Shown: positions 28,996 through 40,236 of the stretch, piece by piece
How positions within the stretch are numbered: position 1 is the first letter of the stretch
Layout of the letters: each line of letters opens with the position of its first letter
Assembly: GCA_045105815.1 (NCBI GenBank)
Contig: JBGCDX010000097.1
Span: 4,949 to 68,948, forward strand
Source: Gammaproteobacteria bacterium
GTDB lineage: Bacteria; Pseudomonadota; Gammaproteobacteria; UBA4575
DNA length: 64,000 bases
Reading direction: 5' to 3'
Program-made: the position numbers and the translations under genes
Notes under the pieces: generated by a model
The model's database searches: none
What the model saw: the letters and a program-made list of their open reading frames with translations, nothing else
What the model was told of the DNA's origin: nothing

Positions 28996-30999
28996 TTAAA
29001 GTAACGGTGCAATCACTAAGCTTACAATTGCCATTACATTAATCAAAATATTCATCGCTGGGCCAGAGGTGTCTTTAAACGGATCACCGACGGTGTCGCC
29101 TACTACTACTGCGGTATGGGTATCTGAGCCTTTACCGCCTAAGTTGCCTTTTTCGACATACTTTTTGGCGTTATCCCATGCGCCACCTGCGTTGGCCATC
29201 ATTAAGGCCATCAGTACACAGACGAGTAATGCACCACCTAGCATTCCGCCGAGGGTTTCTGCACCAAAACCAAAACCGACTGCTACTGGAGCAATGACCG
29301 CCAATAAGCCTGGTGGGATCATGCGTTTTAACGCTGCAGTGGTGGCAATGTCTACGCAACGAACCGTATCAGGTTTTGCGGTGCCTTCCATAAGGCCTGG
29401 AATTTCTTTGAATTGACGTCGAATTTCTTTAATCATGTCAAAGGCGGCTTCGCCAACTGCAGTCATGGTCATGGAGGCGACAATGAAAGGGAAGACACCA
29501 CCAATGAATAAACCGATCAAGACTTTAGGGTTGCTTAAGTCGAGAATAATCGTACCGCTACCGTGAGCACTTACTTCAGCAAGGAAAGCGGTAATAATCG
29601 CAAGTGCCGCGAGTGCAGCCGCACCAATTGCGAAGCCTTTACCGATAGCTGCTGTGGTGTTACCCACTTCATCTAGTTCGTCAGTTATTTTGCGAACGTC
29701 TTCGCCAAGGCCTGCCATTTCTGCGATACCGCCGGCGTTATCTGCAACTGGGCCATAAGCATCAATTGCCATGGTGATACCTACGGTTGCAAGCATGCCT
29801 ACTGCGGCGATACCAACCCCATATAGATCAGCAAATTGGTTAGCGAAGAAAATAATCGCTGCAATGGCTAACACAGGAACCACTACAGATTGCATGCCAA
29901 TTGCTAAACCAGAAATCATTACTGTCGCAGGTCCCGTTTCACCGCTTTTAGCTATTCTTCTTACTGGAGGGCCACCGGTGTAATACTCGGTAACCAGCCC
30001 TATAACGATTCCACCAACTGCGCCTGCAACTACCGCAACCCATACGCCAGTATCTAGGCCTAGTGCTTTAATAGCGATGTATGCAGCGATAATGAAGATG
30101 ATGGCCGAGGAAAAGGTGCCGATACGCAGCGCGGTAGCGGGTGCTTTAGCTGCAAATACTTTTACGATAATAATGCCGAGTATTGAGCAAAGCAGACCAA
30201 CTGAGGCTAAGCCTAAGGGTAAAAACATTAATGTTTCTTTTGCGCCTAGCTGTTGAAGTACCGCGGGACTAAGTGTTGCAGCAATTGCGATGGTGGCAAT
30301 AATCGAACCACAATATGATTCAAAAATATCTGAACCCATGCCGGCGACGTCACCTACGTTGTCTCCAACATTATCGGCAATTACGCCTGGATTACGTGGA
30401 TCATCTTCCGGGATACCGGCTTCAATCTTTCCTACCAAGTCTGCACCAACGTCAGCACTCTTGGTGAAGATTCCGCCGCCAACGCGCGAGAATAGTGCAA
30501 CAATTGAAGCACCCATACCAAAGCCATGAATAACATTGGCGGTAGCTGGATCGCGTCCATACAGTAAGTAGAGCGTGCCTAATCCTAATAAGCCCATCGC
30601 TGCAACCGTGAGGCCCATGATGGAGCCACCAAAGAAGGCAACATTTAATGCTGCACCTGCACCTTTGTCGCTTGCGGCGGTTGTGGTGCGAACATTGGCT
30701 TTGGTTGCGGTATGCATGCCGATGAAGCCGGCAGCAGAAGAGCAGAAAGCACCAATAATAAAGGCCAGGGCGGTTTTAAAACCTAGCGAGACAAACACTG
30801 CAGCACACACGAAGGCTGCAAATATAAATAAAATCGTGTATTCACGGCGTATAAAGGTCATTGCGCCCTTGTGAATTTCTTCTCCGATTTCAACGACTTT
30901 GCCGCTGCCTGCTGAATAGCTCAAGATTACCCGGTAAATAATGAAGGCAGCTATAAGGCCCAAAACCCCTAGAAGGACGGGTAGTTGGTGGATAGACAT
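28996..30999 (-). CDS. hppA: Membrane-bound proton-translocating pyrophosphatase (K+-dependent type)
   Basis: 667 aa polytopic protein with DVGADLVGK and [10 protein letters not shown] motifs. The Ala in GNTTAA is the K+-dependent signature. Confidence 0.9.
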   Translation of the reverse strand: MSIHQLPVLLGVLGLIAAFIIYRVILSYSAGSGKVVEIGEEIHKGAMTFIRREYTILFIFAAFVCAAVFVSLGFKTALAFIIGAFCSSAAGFIGMHTATKANVRTTTAASDKGAGAALNVAFFGGSIMGLTVAAMGLLGLGTLYLLYGRDPATANVIHGFGMGASIVALFSRVGGGIFTKSADVGADLVGKIEAGIPEDDPRNPGVIADNVGDNVGDVAGMGSDIFESYCGSIIATIAIAATLSPAVLQQLGAKETLMFLPLGLASVGLLCSILGIIIVKVFAAKAPATALRIGTFSSAIIFIIAAYIAIKALGLDTGVWVAVVAGAVGGIVIGLVTEYYTGGPPVRRIAKSGETGPATVMISGLAIGMQSVVVPVLAIAAIIFFANQFADLYGVGIAAVGMLATVGITMAIDAYGPVADNAGGIAEMAGLGEDVRKITDELDEVGNTTAAIGKGFAIGAAALAALAIITAFLAEVSAHGSGTIILDLSNPKVLIGLFIGGVFPFIVASMTMTAVGEAAFDMIKEIRRQFKEIPGLMEGTAKPDTVRCVDIATTAALKRMIPPGLLAVIAPVAVGFGFGAETLGGMLGGALLVCVLMALMMANAGGAWDNAKKYVEKGNLGGKGSDTHTAVVVGDTVGDPFKDTSGPAMNILINVMAIVSLVIAPLL

Positions 31000-31221
31000 G
31001 AATCTCTCTCCCTGGTGGATGGCGTGGTTATAATTATTATCAATAGTTTGCCGCGCTTATTTGTAATTCTTTTTTATGCAGCAACCCCTTTAATTATATA
31101 AGGATTCGCGACTATCCCCAATTGATTTAACTAATACAATCAAAAATAAACAATTCGCTGAAATACATTATAAAATGTAGGTGAGTGTTATGCTCTAGAC
31201 TGACTAATATCTATATATAAG

Positions 31222-33171
31222 GTGTACTGGCCATTGGCTTCTCGCGATTTTCTTAAGAACCCCAAGCTTGAAGAGCGTTACTTTCGTGCGCGCATCTTTG
31301 TTGTGGCCTTTTTAGTAATTTGTTGTGTGTTTGTTTTGGGTGCGCGGTTATTTCACTTGCAAATTGTCAGTAATGAGCATTACACGACGTTATCTCAAGA
31401 TAATCGTGTTCGTGTGGTACCTATCGCACCCACGCGTGGGTTAATTTTTGACCGTAATTTGAAACTCTTAGCGGATAACAAATCGAGTTATCAAATAGAA
31501 GTTACTCCCGTCCAGGTGGACGACTTACAAAAAGCCATCATGCAGCTTAGTGAATATATTGAGCTAGAAGAGCATCATTTAAAAAAATTTTTTGAAGATG
31601 TAAAACGTAAGCAGTCTTTTGAATCGATACCTTTAAAATTAAATTTAAATGAACAAGAGGTCGCAAAGTTTTCAGTAAATCGTCATCGTTTTCCTGGGGT
31701 TGAAATTACTGCACGAGCAAATCGATATTATCCTTTCTCTGGTTTAAATACACATGCACTGGGTTATGTAGGTCGTATCAATGCTGCTGAAGCACAAAAG
31801 CTAGATAAGCAATCGTATAGTGGGACGACGCATATTGGCAAAGTGGGTGTAGAAAAATTTTATGAAAATATTTTGCATGGTGATGTGGGATACCAACATA
31901 TTGAAATTAACGCACAAGGTCGAAAGTTACGCGTATTAGAAAAAGTACCACCCGTACCGGGTGATGATTTGATACTTTCGATTGATGCGAGGTTGCAAAA
32001 AATAGCACAAGATAGCTTAGGAGATCGGAATGGTTCGGTAGTAGCTATGGACCCTGTTACCGGTGAAGTATTAGTGTTTGTGAGTACGCCAACATTTGAT
32101 CCCAATCTATTTGTTAATGGTATTAGTAATAAACAGTATTCATTGTTGCGCGATGATAATGATCGGCCATTGTTTAATCGCGCATTGCGCGGCCAATACC
32201 CACCCGGTTCAACTATTAAACCGATGATGGCATTGGCGGGTTTGCATTATGGTGCAACATGGGCAACAGAGACGATGTATGCAGGCCCATTTTATAAATT
32301 GCCTGGTCACGAGCGGAAATATCGTGATTGGAAAAAAGGGGGTCACGGCAAAGTTGATATGTACAGTGCGATTGCACAATCTTGTGATGTGTATTTTTAT
32401 ACGTTGGCAACCGAACTAGGGATTACTAAAATTTCAGACTTTTTAAGTCAATTTAATCTAGGCTCTCGTACAGAATTAGATACATGGGGTGAAGCGAAAG
32501 GTTTAATGCCATCTGTGCAATGGAAAAAAGCAGTTTATGGCCAACCTTGGTATCCGGGTGAAACTGTGATTACAGGGATAGGCCAAGGATATATGCTAGC
32601 TACGCCTTTGCAACTTGCTGCAGCAACCAGTGCGTTGGCTATGCGTGGGCATGAGGTGTTACGGCCAAGATTTTTACGTTCTACCCGAGATCAAGATCAA
32701 CTAGAAGAACCTGCTAGTGCTACGGCGATGCCAAATATTTATGTAGAAAATGATCTTTATTGGGATCAAGTTATTGCTGCAATGGTTGAAGTTGCTCATA
32801 AGCCAAATGGTACGGCATTTAAAATAGGCAAGGATGCAAAATATAAAATTGCAGGTAAAACAGGTACCGCCCAGGTTTTTGGTTTGGCAGAAGATGAAGA
32901 ATATGATGAGGAAAAAATTAGTAAGAAACTGCATGATCATGGATTGTTCATTGCATTTGCACCCGCAGAGGACCCTAAAATTGCGATTGCTGTAATTGTT
33001 GAAAATGGGGGCGGAGGTAGTAAGTCTGCGGCACCGGTAGCAAGATTAGTGATGGATCATTACCTGTTAAGTAAAGAGGAGTTGGTTGAAACGTATGGTG
33101 CAAATTATGATTCTAAATATGAGTCTGTAGGTCAATCATCAGCAGTTATAGCGGGCGTATCGGCACAATAA
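31222..33171 (+). CDS. mrdA: Peptidoglycan D,D-transpeptidase PBP2
   Basis: TM anchor, transpeptidase motifs (STIKP, SCD, KTGT), followed by rodA. Confidence 0.9.
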   Translation: MYWPLASRDFLKNPKLEERYFRARIFVVAFLVICCVFVLGARLFHLQIVSNEHYTTLSQDNRVRVVPIAPTRGLIFDRNLKLLADNKSSYQIEVTPVQVDDLQKAIMQLSEYIELEEHHLKKFFEDVKRKQSFESIPLKLNLNEQEVAKFSVNRHRFPGVEITARANRYYPFSGLNTHALGYVGRINAAEAQKLDKQSYSGTTHIGKVGVEKFYENILHGDVGYQHIEINAQGRKLRVLEKVPPVPGDDLILSIDARLQKIAQDSLGDRNGSVVAMDPVTGEVLVFVSTPTFDPNLFVNGISNKQYSLLRDDNDRPLFNRALRGQYPPGSTIKPMMALAGLHYGATWATETMYAGPFYKLPGHERKYRDWKKGGHGKVDMYSAIAQSCDVYFYTLATELGITKISDFLSQFNLGSRTELDTWGEAKGLMPSVQWKKAVYGQPWYPGETVITGIGQGYMLATPLQLAAATSALAMRGHEVLRPRFLRSTRDQDQLEEPASATAMPNIYVENDLYWDQVIAAMVEVAHKPNGTAFKIGKDAKYKIAGKTGTAQVFGLAEDEEYDEEKISKKLHDHGLFIAFAPAEDPKIAIAVIVENGGGGSKSAAPVARLVMDHYLLSKEELVETYGANYDSKYESVGQSSAVIAGVSAQ

Positions 33172-33183
33172 ATAGAAGATAAC

Positions 33184-34314
33184 ATGGCAAGTAGTTATTC
33201 AATTAAAGATTCCCTAGTCACTTCACCTATCCGTGAAGAACGTAACCTGTTTAATATCGATCCAACATTGTTTGTAGCTTTGTTGTTGTTGTGTGGGCTT
33301 GGATTAGCAGTGTTATATAGCGCGACTAGCGGAGAAATGGCAGCTATTACAAGGCAAGCTATTCGATTTGCTCTAGGGTTTGCAGCGTTATTGTTTTTAG
33401 CACAAATTCCAGCAAAAGAATTATCACGCTGGTCACCATGGTTCTATTTAATAAGTATAGGCTTACTATTAGTCGTGATGGCTACGGGCTATGTGGGTAA
33501 AGGTGCTCAACGTTGGATAGATTTAGGTGTTGTGCGTTTCCAACCTTCAGAAATGCTGAAAATATTTCTACCGATGATGGTGGCATGGTATTTCAGTGAA
33601 AAGCCTATGCCACCGACCATCATGCAAATTTTTGTTGCATTGTTCATGATAGCGATTCCCGCTGGCCTGGTATTGCAACAGCCCGATTTAGGCACTGCGC
33701 TTTTAATTACATTTGGTGGCATTTGTGTCATTTTTCTTGCTGGCATTACTTGGAAATTGTTAGCTGTATTTGGAGGCCTTGCTTTGGCTTCTATGCCAGT
33801 TTTCTGGTTTTATCTACATGACTATCAGCGACAACGAATTTTGACCATGCTAAACCCGGAAAGTGATCCGTTGGGAACTGGTTACCACATAATACAGTCT
33901 AAGATTGCGATCGGATCAGGTGGTTTGTATGGCAAAGGATGGTTGAACGGGACTCAGTCTCAACTTGATTTTATTCCTGAAAGATCAACTGATTTTATAT
34001 TTGCGGTATTTAGCGAAGAGTTTGGTTTTCTCGGAGTGATATTATTGTTATGTGCATATGCATTTATTGTAATACGCGGACTGATGATAGCCATTCGAGC
34101 GCAAGACACATTTTCAAGATTGTTAGCAGGAAGTTTAAGTTTGTCGTTTTTTGCTTATTTTTTAGTAAATATTGGCATGGTCAGCGGCATGCTGCCTGTT
34201 GTAGGAGTGCCATTGCCATTAATTAGCTATGGGGGCACATCAGCCGTTACAATATTGGCTGCATTTGGTATCTTAATGTCGATCCATTCTCATCGTAAAT
34301 TTTTATCTCACTAA
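33184..34314 (+). CDS. mrdB: Peptidoglycan glycosyltransferase RodA (SEDS family)
   Basis: 376 aa, 10-TM SEDS protein immediately after PBP2. Confidence 0.9.
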   Translation: MASSYSIKDSLVTSPIREERNLFNIDPTLFVALLLLCGLGLAVLYSATSGEMAAITRQAIRFALGFAALLFLAQIPAKELSRWSPWFYLISIGLLLVVMATGYVGKGAQRWIDLGVVRFQPSEMLKIFLPMMVAWYFSEKPMPPTIMQIFVALFMIAIPAGLVLQQPDLGTALLITFGGICVIFLAGITWKLLAVFGGLALASMPVFWFYLHDYQRQRILTMLNPESDPLGTGYHIIQSKIAIGSGGLYGKGWLNGTQSQLDFIPERSTDFIFAVFSEEFGFLGVILLLCAYAFIVIRGLMIAIRAQDTFSRLLAGSLSLSFFAYFLVNIGMVSGMLPVVGVPLPLISYGGTSAVTILAAFGILMSIHSHRKFLSH

Positions 34315-34318
34315 AGTA

Positions 34319-35332
34319 ATGTGTATTAATATGTATAAGTATTTTATTTTTATTGTGGTTTTATTTTTTAGCTGTTCTGCTCAAGTTTTTGCTGATAATG
34401 ATTATTTGGAAAGGTCCGAGGTCAAAAAATTTATTGATGATTTTTCAGAAAAAAATAATTACCCCAAAGATTCCTTAAATGAGTTATTTAAAAATGTAAC
34501 AACACAAACATCAGTTTTAGAAGCTATTGCAAGACCTGCTGAGAAGAAAAAGAACTGGGAAGAATACCGTAAGATCTTTATTACAGATAAGCGTATTAAA
34601 GAAGGCCTTGCGTTTTGGAGTGAGAACGCCCCAATTCTTGCTGCAGCTGAGCGTGAATACGGAGTACCACCAGAAATAGTGGTGGCCATAATCGGTGTTG
34701 AAACATTTTATGGTCGTTACAAAGGTAAACATCCAGTGCTTGATTCGCTGGTTACGTTGGGTTTTGATTATCCACCAAGGCAGAAGTTCTTTCGTAGTGA
34801 GTTAGAGCATTTTCTTCTGTTGTCACAAGAGGAAAAATTAAATCCTATCGAAATTAAAGGTTCTTATGCGGGTGCGATGGGTAAAAGTCAGTTTATTTCT
34901 AGTAGTTATCGGCATTATGCAGTTGATTTTGACCAGGACGGTACGCGAGATCTTTGGGGGAGTAATGAAGATGCAATTGGTAGCGTCGCAAACTATTTTA
35001 AAATGCATGGATGGAAAGCGGGTGAGATCATAACCGTGCCAGCAGAAGTAGAGGGTAAACGATATAAGCAGTTGTTAGAAAAAGGTTTAAAACCAGTTGC
35101 ATCCGTTTCTGAGTTGCCCCAGTATGATGTGACTGCGGAGCATAATGCTGCTGCACAACAAGCAGTTGCGTTACTTGAGTTTAATAAAAATAACTCGGAT
35201 GAATATTGGCTTGGTTTTAATAATTTTTATGTCATTACCCGCTATAATCATAGTCATATGTATGCCATGGCAGTTTATCAATTAAGCCAGAAAATCAAAA
35301 AAGATATTAAAGACTACGTTGTTCAAAATTAA
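34319..35332 (+). CDS. mltB: Lytic murein transglycosylase B
   Basis: Signal peptide. MltB/Slt35-like blocks (VAIIGVETFYGRY, GAMGKSQFISSSY). The start may be the MYKYF Met at 34331. Confidence 0.8.
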   Translation: MCINMYKYFIFIVVLFFSCSAQVFADNDYLERSEVKKFIDDFSEKNNYPKDSLNELFKNVTTQTSVLEAIARPAEKKKNWEEYRKIFITDKRIKEGLAFWSENAPILAAAEREYGVPPEIVVAIIGVETFYGRYKGKHPVLDSLVTLGFDYPPRQKFFRSELEHFLLLSQEEKLNPIEIKGSYAGAMGKSQFISSSYRHYAVDFDQDGTRDLWGSNEDAIGSVANYFKMHGWKAGEIITVPAEVEGKRYKQLLEKGLKPVASVSELPQYDVTAEHNAAAQQAVALLEFNKNNSDEYWLGFNNFYVITRYNHSHMYAMAVYQLSQKIKKDIKDYVVQN

Positions 35333-36230
35333 TTCTATCAAACATAGCCAATATCTAGCTTTATGGATTATTAGCTTACTCGTTCTTAGCGCATGCTCTT
35401 CGATGCGTCCATCTGAGTCAGATGGGCCACCTACAGTTATGGTGGAGAGTCCTACAACACCAACACCAGTGGATCAAATTCCAAGAGTCGAGCCGCTTAG
35501 TAAGTATGGAAATCCCAAATCCTATGAGGTGTTTGGAAAAACCTATTACACCTTGCCGAGTAGTAAAGGATTCGTAGAGCGAGGTATTGCTTCTTGGTAC
35601 GGGAAGAAATTCCATGGCAGGCTTACCTCAAGTAGAGAACCATATGACATGTATGCGATGACGGCTGCTCATACGCAATTACCTTTGCCAACGTATGTGC
35701 AGGTAACAAATTTAAAAAACGGCAAGCAAGTTGTATTGCGCGTGAATGATAGAGGACCATTTGTTGGTAATAGGGTAATTGATCTCTCATATACTGCCGC
35801 AATGAAATTAGATATTGTTCAACAAGGTACTGGATTGGTTGAAGTGCGTGCACTTGATCCACGCAATTATCAGCATGCTAGTAAGATAAACAATAACGAT
35901 AGTGTTACTAAAGTTAACAAAATTGAGTCTGCTGTGATTGCTGAAGAGGAAGTAAGTTATCCAGATGACTCAGCCATTATGGTATCTACCGGCGGGCCGC
36001 AAGTATTTGTGCAAGTGGGTGCTTTTGGTGAGCGTGAGAATGCAAACCAATTAAAAAATCAGCTCAGCGGGCTAAATTTAGGAAATATTTCGATATCTTC
36101 AGTTGTGCAAAATTCTAAACAATTACACCGTGTTCGTATTGGCCCACTGTCTACAGTTGAGTCTGCTGATAATGCGGTTTCAGAATTAAACGCCATGGGT
36201 ATGAGTAATCACCGCGTGGTGATTGAATAA
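35319..36230 (+). CDS. rlpA: Septal ring lytic transglycosylase RlpA (DPBB domain plus C-terminal SPOR domain), lipoprotein
   Basis: Lipobox LSAC, DPBB core (SWYGKKFHGRLTSS...YDMYAMTAAH), SPOR-like C-terminus. Confidence 0.85.
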   Translation: MFKINSIKHSQYLALWIISLLVLSACSSMRPSESDGPPTVMVESPTTPTPVDQIPRVEPLSKYGNPKSYEVFGKTYYTLPSSKGFVERGIASWYGKKFHGRLTSSREPYDMYAMTAAHTQLPLPTYVQVTNLKNGKQVVLRVNDRGPFVGNRVIDLSYTAAMKLDIVQQGTGLVEVRALDPRNYQHASKINNNDSVTKVNKIESAVIAEEEVSYPDDSAIMVSTGGPQVFVQVGAFGERENANQLKNQLSGLNLGNISISSVVQNSKQLHRVRIGPLSTVESADNAVSELNAMGMSNHRVVIE

Positions 36231-36248
36231 ATTATTAAGGAGCGTTTT

Positions 36249-37415
36249 GTGGATGCAATGGTGAAATTTAGAAGAATTTGGATAAGTCTAGTGACGGCAT
36301 TTATGTTGTTGTTAATGGCTAGCGCTGTCATCGCTGCAGAAGCATTACCGGTTCCTGCGCCGCCTCAGTTTAATGCAAGTAGCTATGTGCTGATGGATCA
36401 TGGCAGTGGTGCAGTATTGGCGGAGCACAATTCTCGAGAGCGTGTAGATCCTGCAAGTATTACTAAAATTATGACTGCATATGTAGTGTATAAAGCTCTT
36501 CATGCCGAAGATATAAAGCGCGATGATCAAGTTGAGATTAGTGAATATGCTTGGCGCAGTATTGGCTCAAGAATGTTTGTTGAGGTGGGCAATAAAATTT
36601 TATTAGACGATTTACTGTTGGGCCTTACTATTCAGTCTGGTAATGATGCGAGTGTTGCATTAGCTGAACATGTAGCAGGTACTGAAAATGCTTTTGCGGA
36701 TGTGATGAACGCGCAAGCAAAACGAATTGGCATGAAAGACACACATTTTGTTAATGCAACGGGATTGCCAGCTGTTGACCATTATACTACTGCGTATGAC
36801 ATTGCATTATTGTCACGCACTATGATTAACGAGTTTCCAGAAGAATATAAACGTTACTCTCAAAAAGAATTCACTTTTAATGGGATTAAACAGTTTAATC
36901 GTAATCGTTTGTTATGGCGAGATAGTGCTGTTGATGGAATTAAAACTGGCCACACCGAGGCAGCTGGTTATTGTCTTGCCGCTTCTGCTGTAAAAAATGA
37001 TATGCGCTTAATTTCTGCTGTAATGGGAACAAGTAGTGATAAAGAGCGGACCGTAAACAGCCAAGCGTTACTTAATTATGGGTTTAGGTATTATGAGTCA
37101 CATAAGTTATATAAAGCGGGAGAAGTCTTAGCTCAGCAACGCATGTGGAAGGGTGAGTCAAAGTCTATTCAGTTAGGTTTAGATCAAGATTTATTTGTAA
37201 CCATCCCAAGAGGTAGTTATGAAAACTTGAAGGCAGATATGAATATTGATACTGATATTGTCGCGCCAGTAGAGCAAGGTGATCAAGTTGGTGTGGTAAA
37301 AGTTACACTCAAGGGCGAGGATTATTTAGAACAGTCGTTAGTGGCTTTGCAAGCAAATCCAGAGGGTGGGTTGTGGCGTCGCATGGTTGATTTCTTTGTG
37401 AAACTCTTCTTCTAG
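36249..37415 (+). CDS. dacA: D-alanyl-D-alanine carboxypeptidase (PBP5/6 family)
   Basis: SITKIM (SxxK), SGN and KTG motifs, signal peptide, 388 aa. Confidence 0.85.
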   Translation: MDAMVKFRRIWISLVTAFMLLLMASAVIAAEALPVPAPPQFNASSYVLMDHGSGAVLAEHNSRERVDPASITKIMTAYVVYKALHAEDIKRDDQVEISEYAWRSIGSRMFVEVGNKILLDDLLLGLTIQSGNDASVALAEHVAGTENAFADVMNAQAKRIGMKDTHFVNATGLPAVDHYTTAYDIALLSRTMINEFPEEYKRYSQKEFTFNGIKQFNRNRLLWRDSAVDGIKTGHTEAAGYCLAASAVKNDMRLISAVMGTSSDKERTVNSQALLNYGFRYYESHKLYKAGEVLAQQRMWKGESKSIQLGLDQDLFVTIPRGSYENLKADMNIDTDIVAPVEQGDQVGVVKVTLKGEDYLEQSLVALQANPEGGLWRRMVDFFVKLFF

Positions 37416-37427
37416 GTTAGTCGTTTA

Positions 37428-38270
37428 GTGTCATCTATTCCTGCATTTTTAAATGGGGAGTATCTTCCATTAGAGGAATGTCGTGTTTCTGTTTTAGATC
37501 GTGGATTTATCTTTGGTGACGGAATCTATGAGTTAATAACGGTTTACCAGAATCAGCCATTTTATTTAGACCAGCATTTAGTTCGATTGCAGCACAGCTT
37601 ATCGGAGATAAAGGTTGTAAGTCCGTATAGTGAATCAGAGTGGAAAGCTTTAATTGCTAATTTAATTCAACAGTCTGAATATCAAGATATAGCTATTTAT
37701 ATTCAAGTTACTCGTGGTGTTGCTCCACGTGATCATGTGTACCCTGAAAACATGCAGCCAACAGTGTTTGCTATGGCTAACGCATTGCCCGTTGTGCCAA
37801 AAGAGTTTTTAGAGACAGGTATTGAGTTGGTAACGACAATGGATACGCGTTGGCAGCGTTGTGATATTAAAGCGATTAGTTTGCTTGCTAACATTCTAGC
37901 TAAGCAAGAAGCGGTGCAAGCTCATGCTGTTGAAGCGATCATGATTCGTGATGATTGCGCTCTAGAGGGATCAGCCAGCAACTTATTTTTAGTGCGTAAT
38001 GGAATTGTGTATACGCATCCAAAAGATAATTTAATCCTGCCAGGTATCACGCGGGATTTTATTATAGAGTTATTAGAAGAGCTTGAGATTGAATGTAAGG
38101 CGCAAGAAATTCCTAAAGATTGGCTATATTCTTCTGATGAACTATGGATTACTAGTTCAACGAAAGAGGTATTGCCCGCTACGAAAATAGATCAAAAATT
38201 GATTGCTGATGGCAAGCCTGGTGAAATATGGCGTAAAACGTATGATCTATATCAACAACGCAAGATGTAG
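37428..38270 (+). CDS. dat: Class IV aminotransferase (D-amino-acid transaminase or aminodeoxychorismate-lyase-like)
   Basis: LNGEYLPLEECRVSVLDRGFIFGDGIYE is the fold-type IV PLP enzyme signature. Confidence 0.65.
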   Translation: MSSIPAFLNGEYLPLEECRVSVLDRGFIFGDGIYELITVYQNQPFYLDQHLVRLQHSLSEIKVVSPYSESEWKALIANLIQQSEYQDIAIYIQVTRGVAPRDHVYPENMQPTVFAMANALPVVPKEFLETGIELVTTMDTRWQRCDIKAISLLANILAKQEAVQAHAVEAIMIRDDCALEGSASNLFLVRNGIVYTHPKDNLILPGITRDFIIELLEELEIECKAQEIPKDWLYSSDELWITSSTKEVLPATKIDQKLIADGKPGEIWRKTYDLYQQRKM

Positions 38271-38290
38271 AGCTGCTGCAAATTATACTT

Positions 38291-38581
38291 ATGTCAAAAA
38301 AAGATCCTTTAGATGAGCCATTAGAAGAAACTTTATTAGTATTCCCGTGTGAGTTTCCTATTAAAATAATGGGTAAAAATCAGCTTGGTTTTCATCAAGC
38401 CGTCATAGAAATTCTTAAGAAACATCTTAGTGATTTTGATACTACTAAATTCAATGAGGTAGAGAGTAAGCAAAAAAATTATTGCAGCATCACGGTAATT
38501 GTAAACGCTACTAGTCAAGAGCACTTGGATGGAATTTATATAGATTTATCTGCAAGTGAGTGGGTCAAATTCGCACTATAA
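38291..38581 (+). CDS. ybeD: YbeD (DUF493/UPF0250) protein
   Basis: 96 aa with conserved FPCEFPIKIMG. Conserved dacA-ybeD-lipB-lipA order. Confidence 0.8.
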   Translation: MSKKDPLDEPLEETLLVFPCEFPIKIMGKNQLGFHQAVIEILKKHLSDFDTTKFNEVESKQKNYCSITVIVNATSQEHLDGIYIDLSASEWVKFAL

Positions 38582-38591
38582 TGTATTCATA

Positions 38592-39233
38592 ATGTGTGAG
38601 CTACACATACGCAACTTAGGTTTACAAGAATACAGTATTGTATTCAAAAGAATGCGTGAATTTACCACGCAACGAACTCCTGCTTCAGCTGATGAACTCT
38701 GGTATGTGCAACATCCTGCGGTATTTACTTTAGGTGCGAATGGAGATCCGCATCATATTTTGGGTCAAACAGATATACCAATTTTCCAATCAGATCGTGG
38801 AGGGCAAGTCACATACCACGGTCCAGGGCAAATAGTCATATATATGCTAATTGACTTAAAAAGAAAGTCTATTGGTGTAAGAAGATTAGTTGAGCTCATT
38901 GAAAAGTCAGTGGTTGTATTGTTGAAGAGCTATAATATTGACTCTCAGGCAAGAGCAGATGCGCATGGTGTTTATATTGAAGGCGCCAAAATTGCATCAC
39001 TTGGGTTACGCGTGCATAGTGGCTGCAGTTACCATGGACTTGCATTAAATGCTGATATGGATGCAGCGCCATTTTTGTTGATCAACCCCTGTGGGTTTCC
39101 TGGTTTAAAGGTTACTCAATTAAAAGATCATGGCGTTTCTGAAAGTATGCAGGAGATTTCTGAGAAGTTAATACATAAGCTATGCGAACATCTTGAATAT
39201 AAAAGTAGTAAAATAGTAATCCATGACAGCTAA
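38592..39233 (+). CDS. lipB: Octanoyltransferase LipB
   Basis: LGLQEY...[12 protein letters not shown] is the LipB catalytic region. Start set at the [11 protein letters not shown] Met. Confidence 0.85.
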   Translation: MCELHIRNLGLQEYSIVFKRMREFTTQRTPASADELWYVQHPAVFTLGANGDPHHILGQTDIPIFQSDRGGQVTYHGPGQIVIYMLIDLKRKSIGVRRLVELIEKSVVVLLKSYNIDSQARADAHGVYIEGAKIASLGLRVHSGCSYHGLALNADMDAAPFLLINPCGFPGLKVTQLKDHGVSESMQEISEKLIHKLCEHLEYKSSKIVIHDS

Positions 39234-40233
39234 GCCTCCAATTAATCCTCCTAGAGCCACGCAACCTAAGTCTCATTTAGCAAAACTTGGTGTGAAGCAA
39301 AGAGGACATGAGAAAGTAACGAAAATCCCAATTGCGTTTAAATCTCTTGATGAGATAACACAACCACGCATTCCTAAACCAAAGTGGCTGCGCGTGAAGG
39401 CACCAACTACTTCAGAAGTGCGAGAATTAAAAAGTTTATTGCGCGAACAAAAATTACATACTGTTTGTGAAGAAGCTTCTTGTCCTAACTTAACGGAGTG
39501 TTTTAGTGGTGGAACAGCAACTTTTATGATTATGGGTGATGTCTGTACTCGGCGCTGCTCGTTTTGTGATGTTGCACATGGAAGACCTCTTCCTCTCGAT
39601 ATGAATGAACCTGCTAACTTAGCAGATACAGTATCAAAATTAGGGCTACGATATGTTGTGGTAACATCAGTTGATCGTGACGATCTTAAAGATGGAGGTG
39701 CAGGTCATTTTGTTGATTGCATTCAGAATATTCGACAGCAAAGTAGTGCGGTTAAGATTGAAATTTTAGTGCCTGATTTTCGTGGCAGGATAGATAAAGC
39801 TCTTGATATACTAAATCAAGCACCTGCTGATGTGTTTAATCATAATTTAGAAACAGTGCCTAGGCTCTATCCAGCAGCGCGCCCTGGCGCTGATTATCAA
39901 CATTCATTGCAGCTATTAAAGAAGCATAAAGAACTTATTAAAGACGTCCCTACTAAATCTGGGCTCATGCTTGGATTGGGGGAAGAGATTAATGAGGTTA
40001 TTGAGGTAATGAAGGATTTGCGTGCTAACCACGTAGATATGCTGACTTTAGGTCAATATCTGCAGCCTAGTGCACACCATCTGTCTGTGCATCGATATTT
40101 AGAGCCACAAGAATTTGAAGTGTTGAAAAACATTGGTGATGAACTGGGTTTTGAGCATGTAGCAAGCGGTCCGCTGGTACGTTCTTCCTATCATGCAGAC
40201 CTTCAAGCTGAGCAAGCATTAAGTTATTCTTAG
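39223..40233 (+). CDS. lipA: Lipoyl synthase
   Basis: CEEASCPN plus a radical-SAM CTRRCSFC cluster, 336 aa. Confidence 0.9.
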   Translation: MTAKPPINPPRATQPKSHLAKLGVKQRGHEKVTKIPIAFKSLDEITQPRIPKPKWLRVKAPTTSEVRELKSLLREQKLHTVCEEASCPNLTECFSGGTATFMIMGDVCTRRCSFCDVAHGRPLPLDMNEPANLADTVSKLGLRYVVVTSVDRDDLKDGGAGHFVDCIQNIRQQSSAVKIEILVPDFRGRIDKALDILNQAPADVFNHNLETVPRLYPAARPGADYQHSLQLLKKHKELIKDVPTKSGLMLGLGEEINEVIEVMKDLRANHVDMLTLGQYLQPSAHHLSVHRYLEPQEFEVLKNIGDELGFEHVASGPLVRSSYHADLQAEQALSYS

Positions 40234-40236
40234 ATA

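Noticed and set aside
29069-30874. Several 60-115-aa plus-strand ORFs inside hppA (Ala/Pro/Thr-rich)
   Set aside because: Antisense frames of a GC-rich, codon-biased membrane-protein gene. No RBS and no homology.
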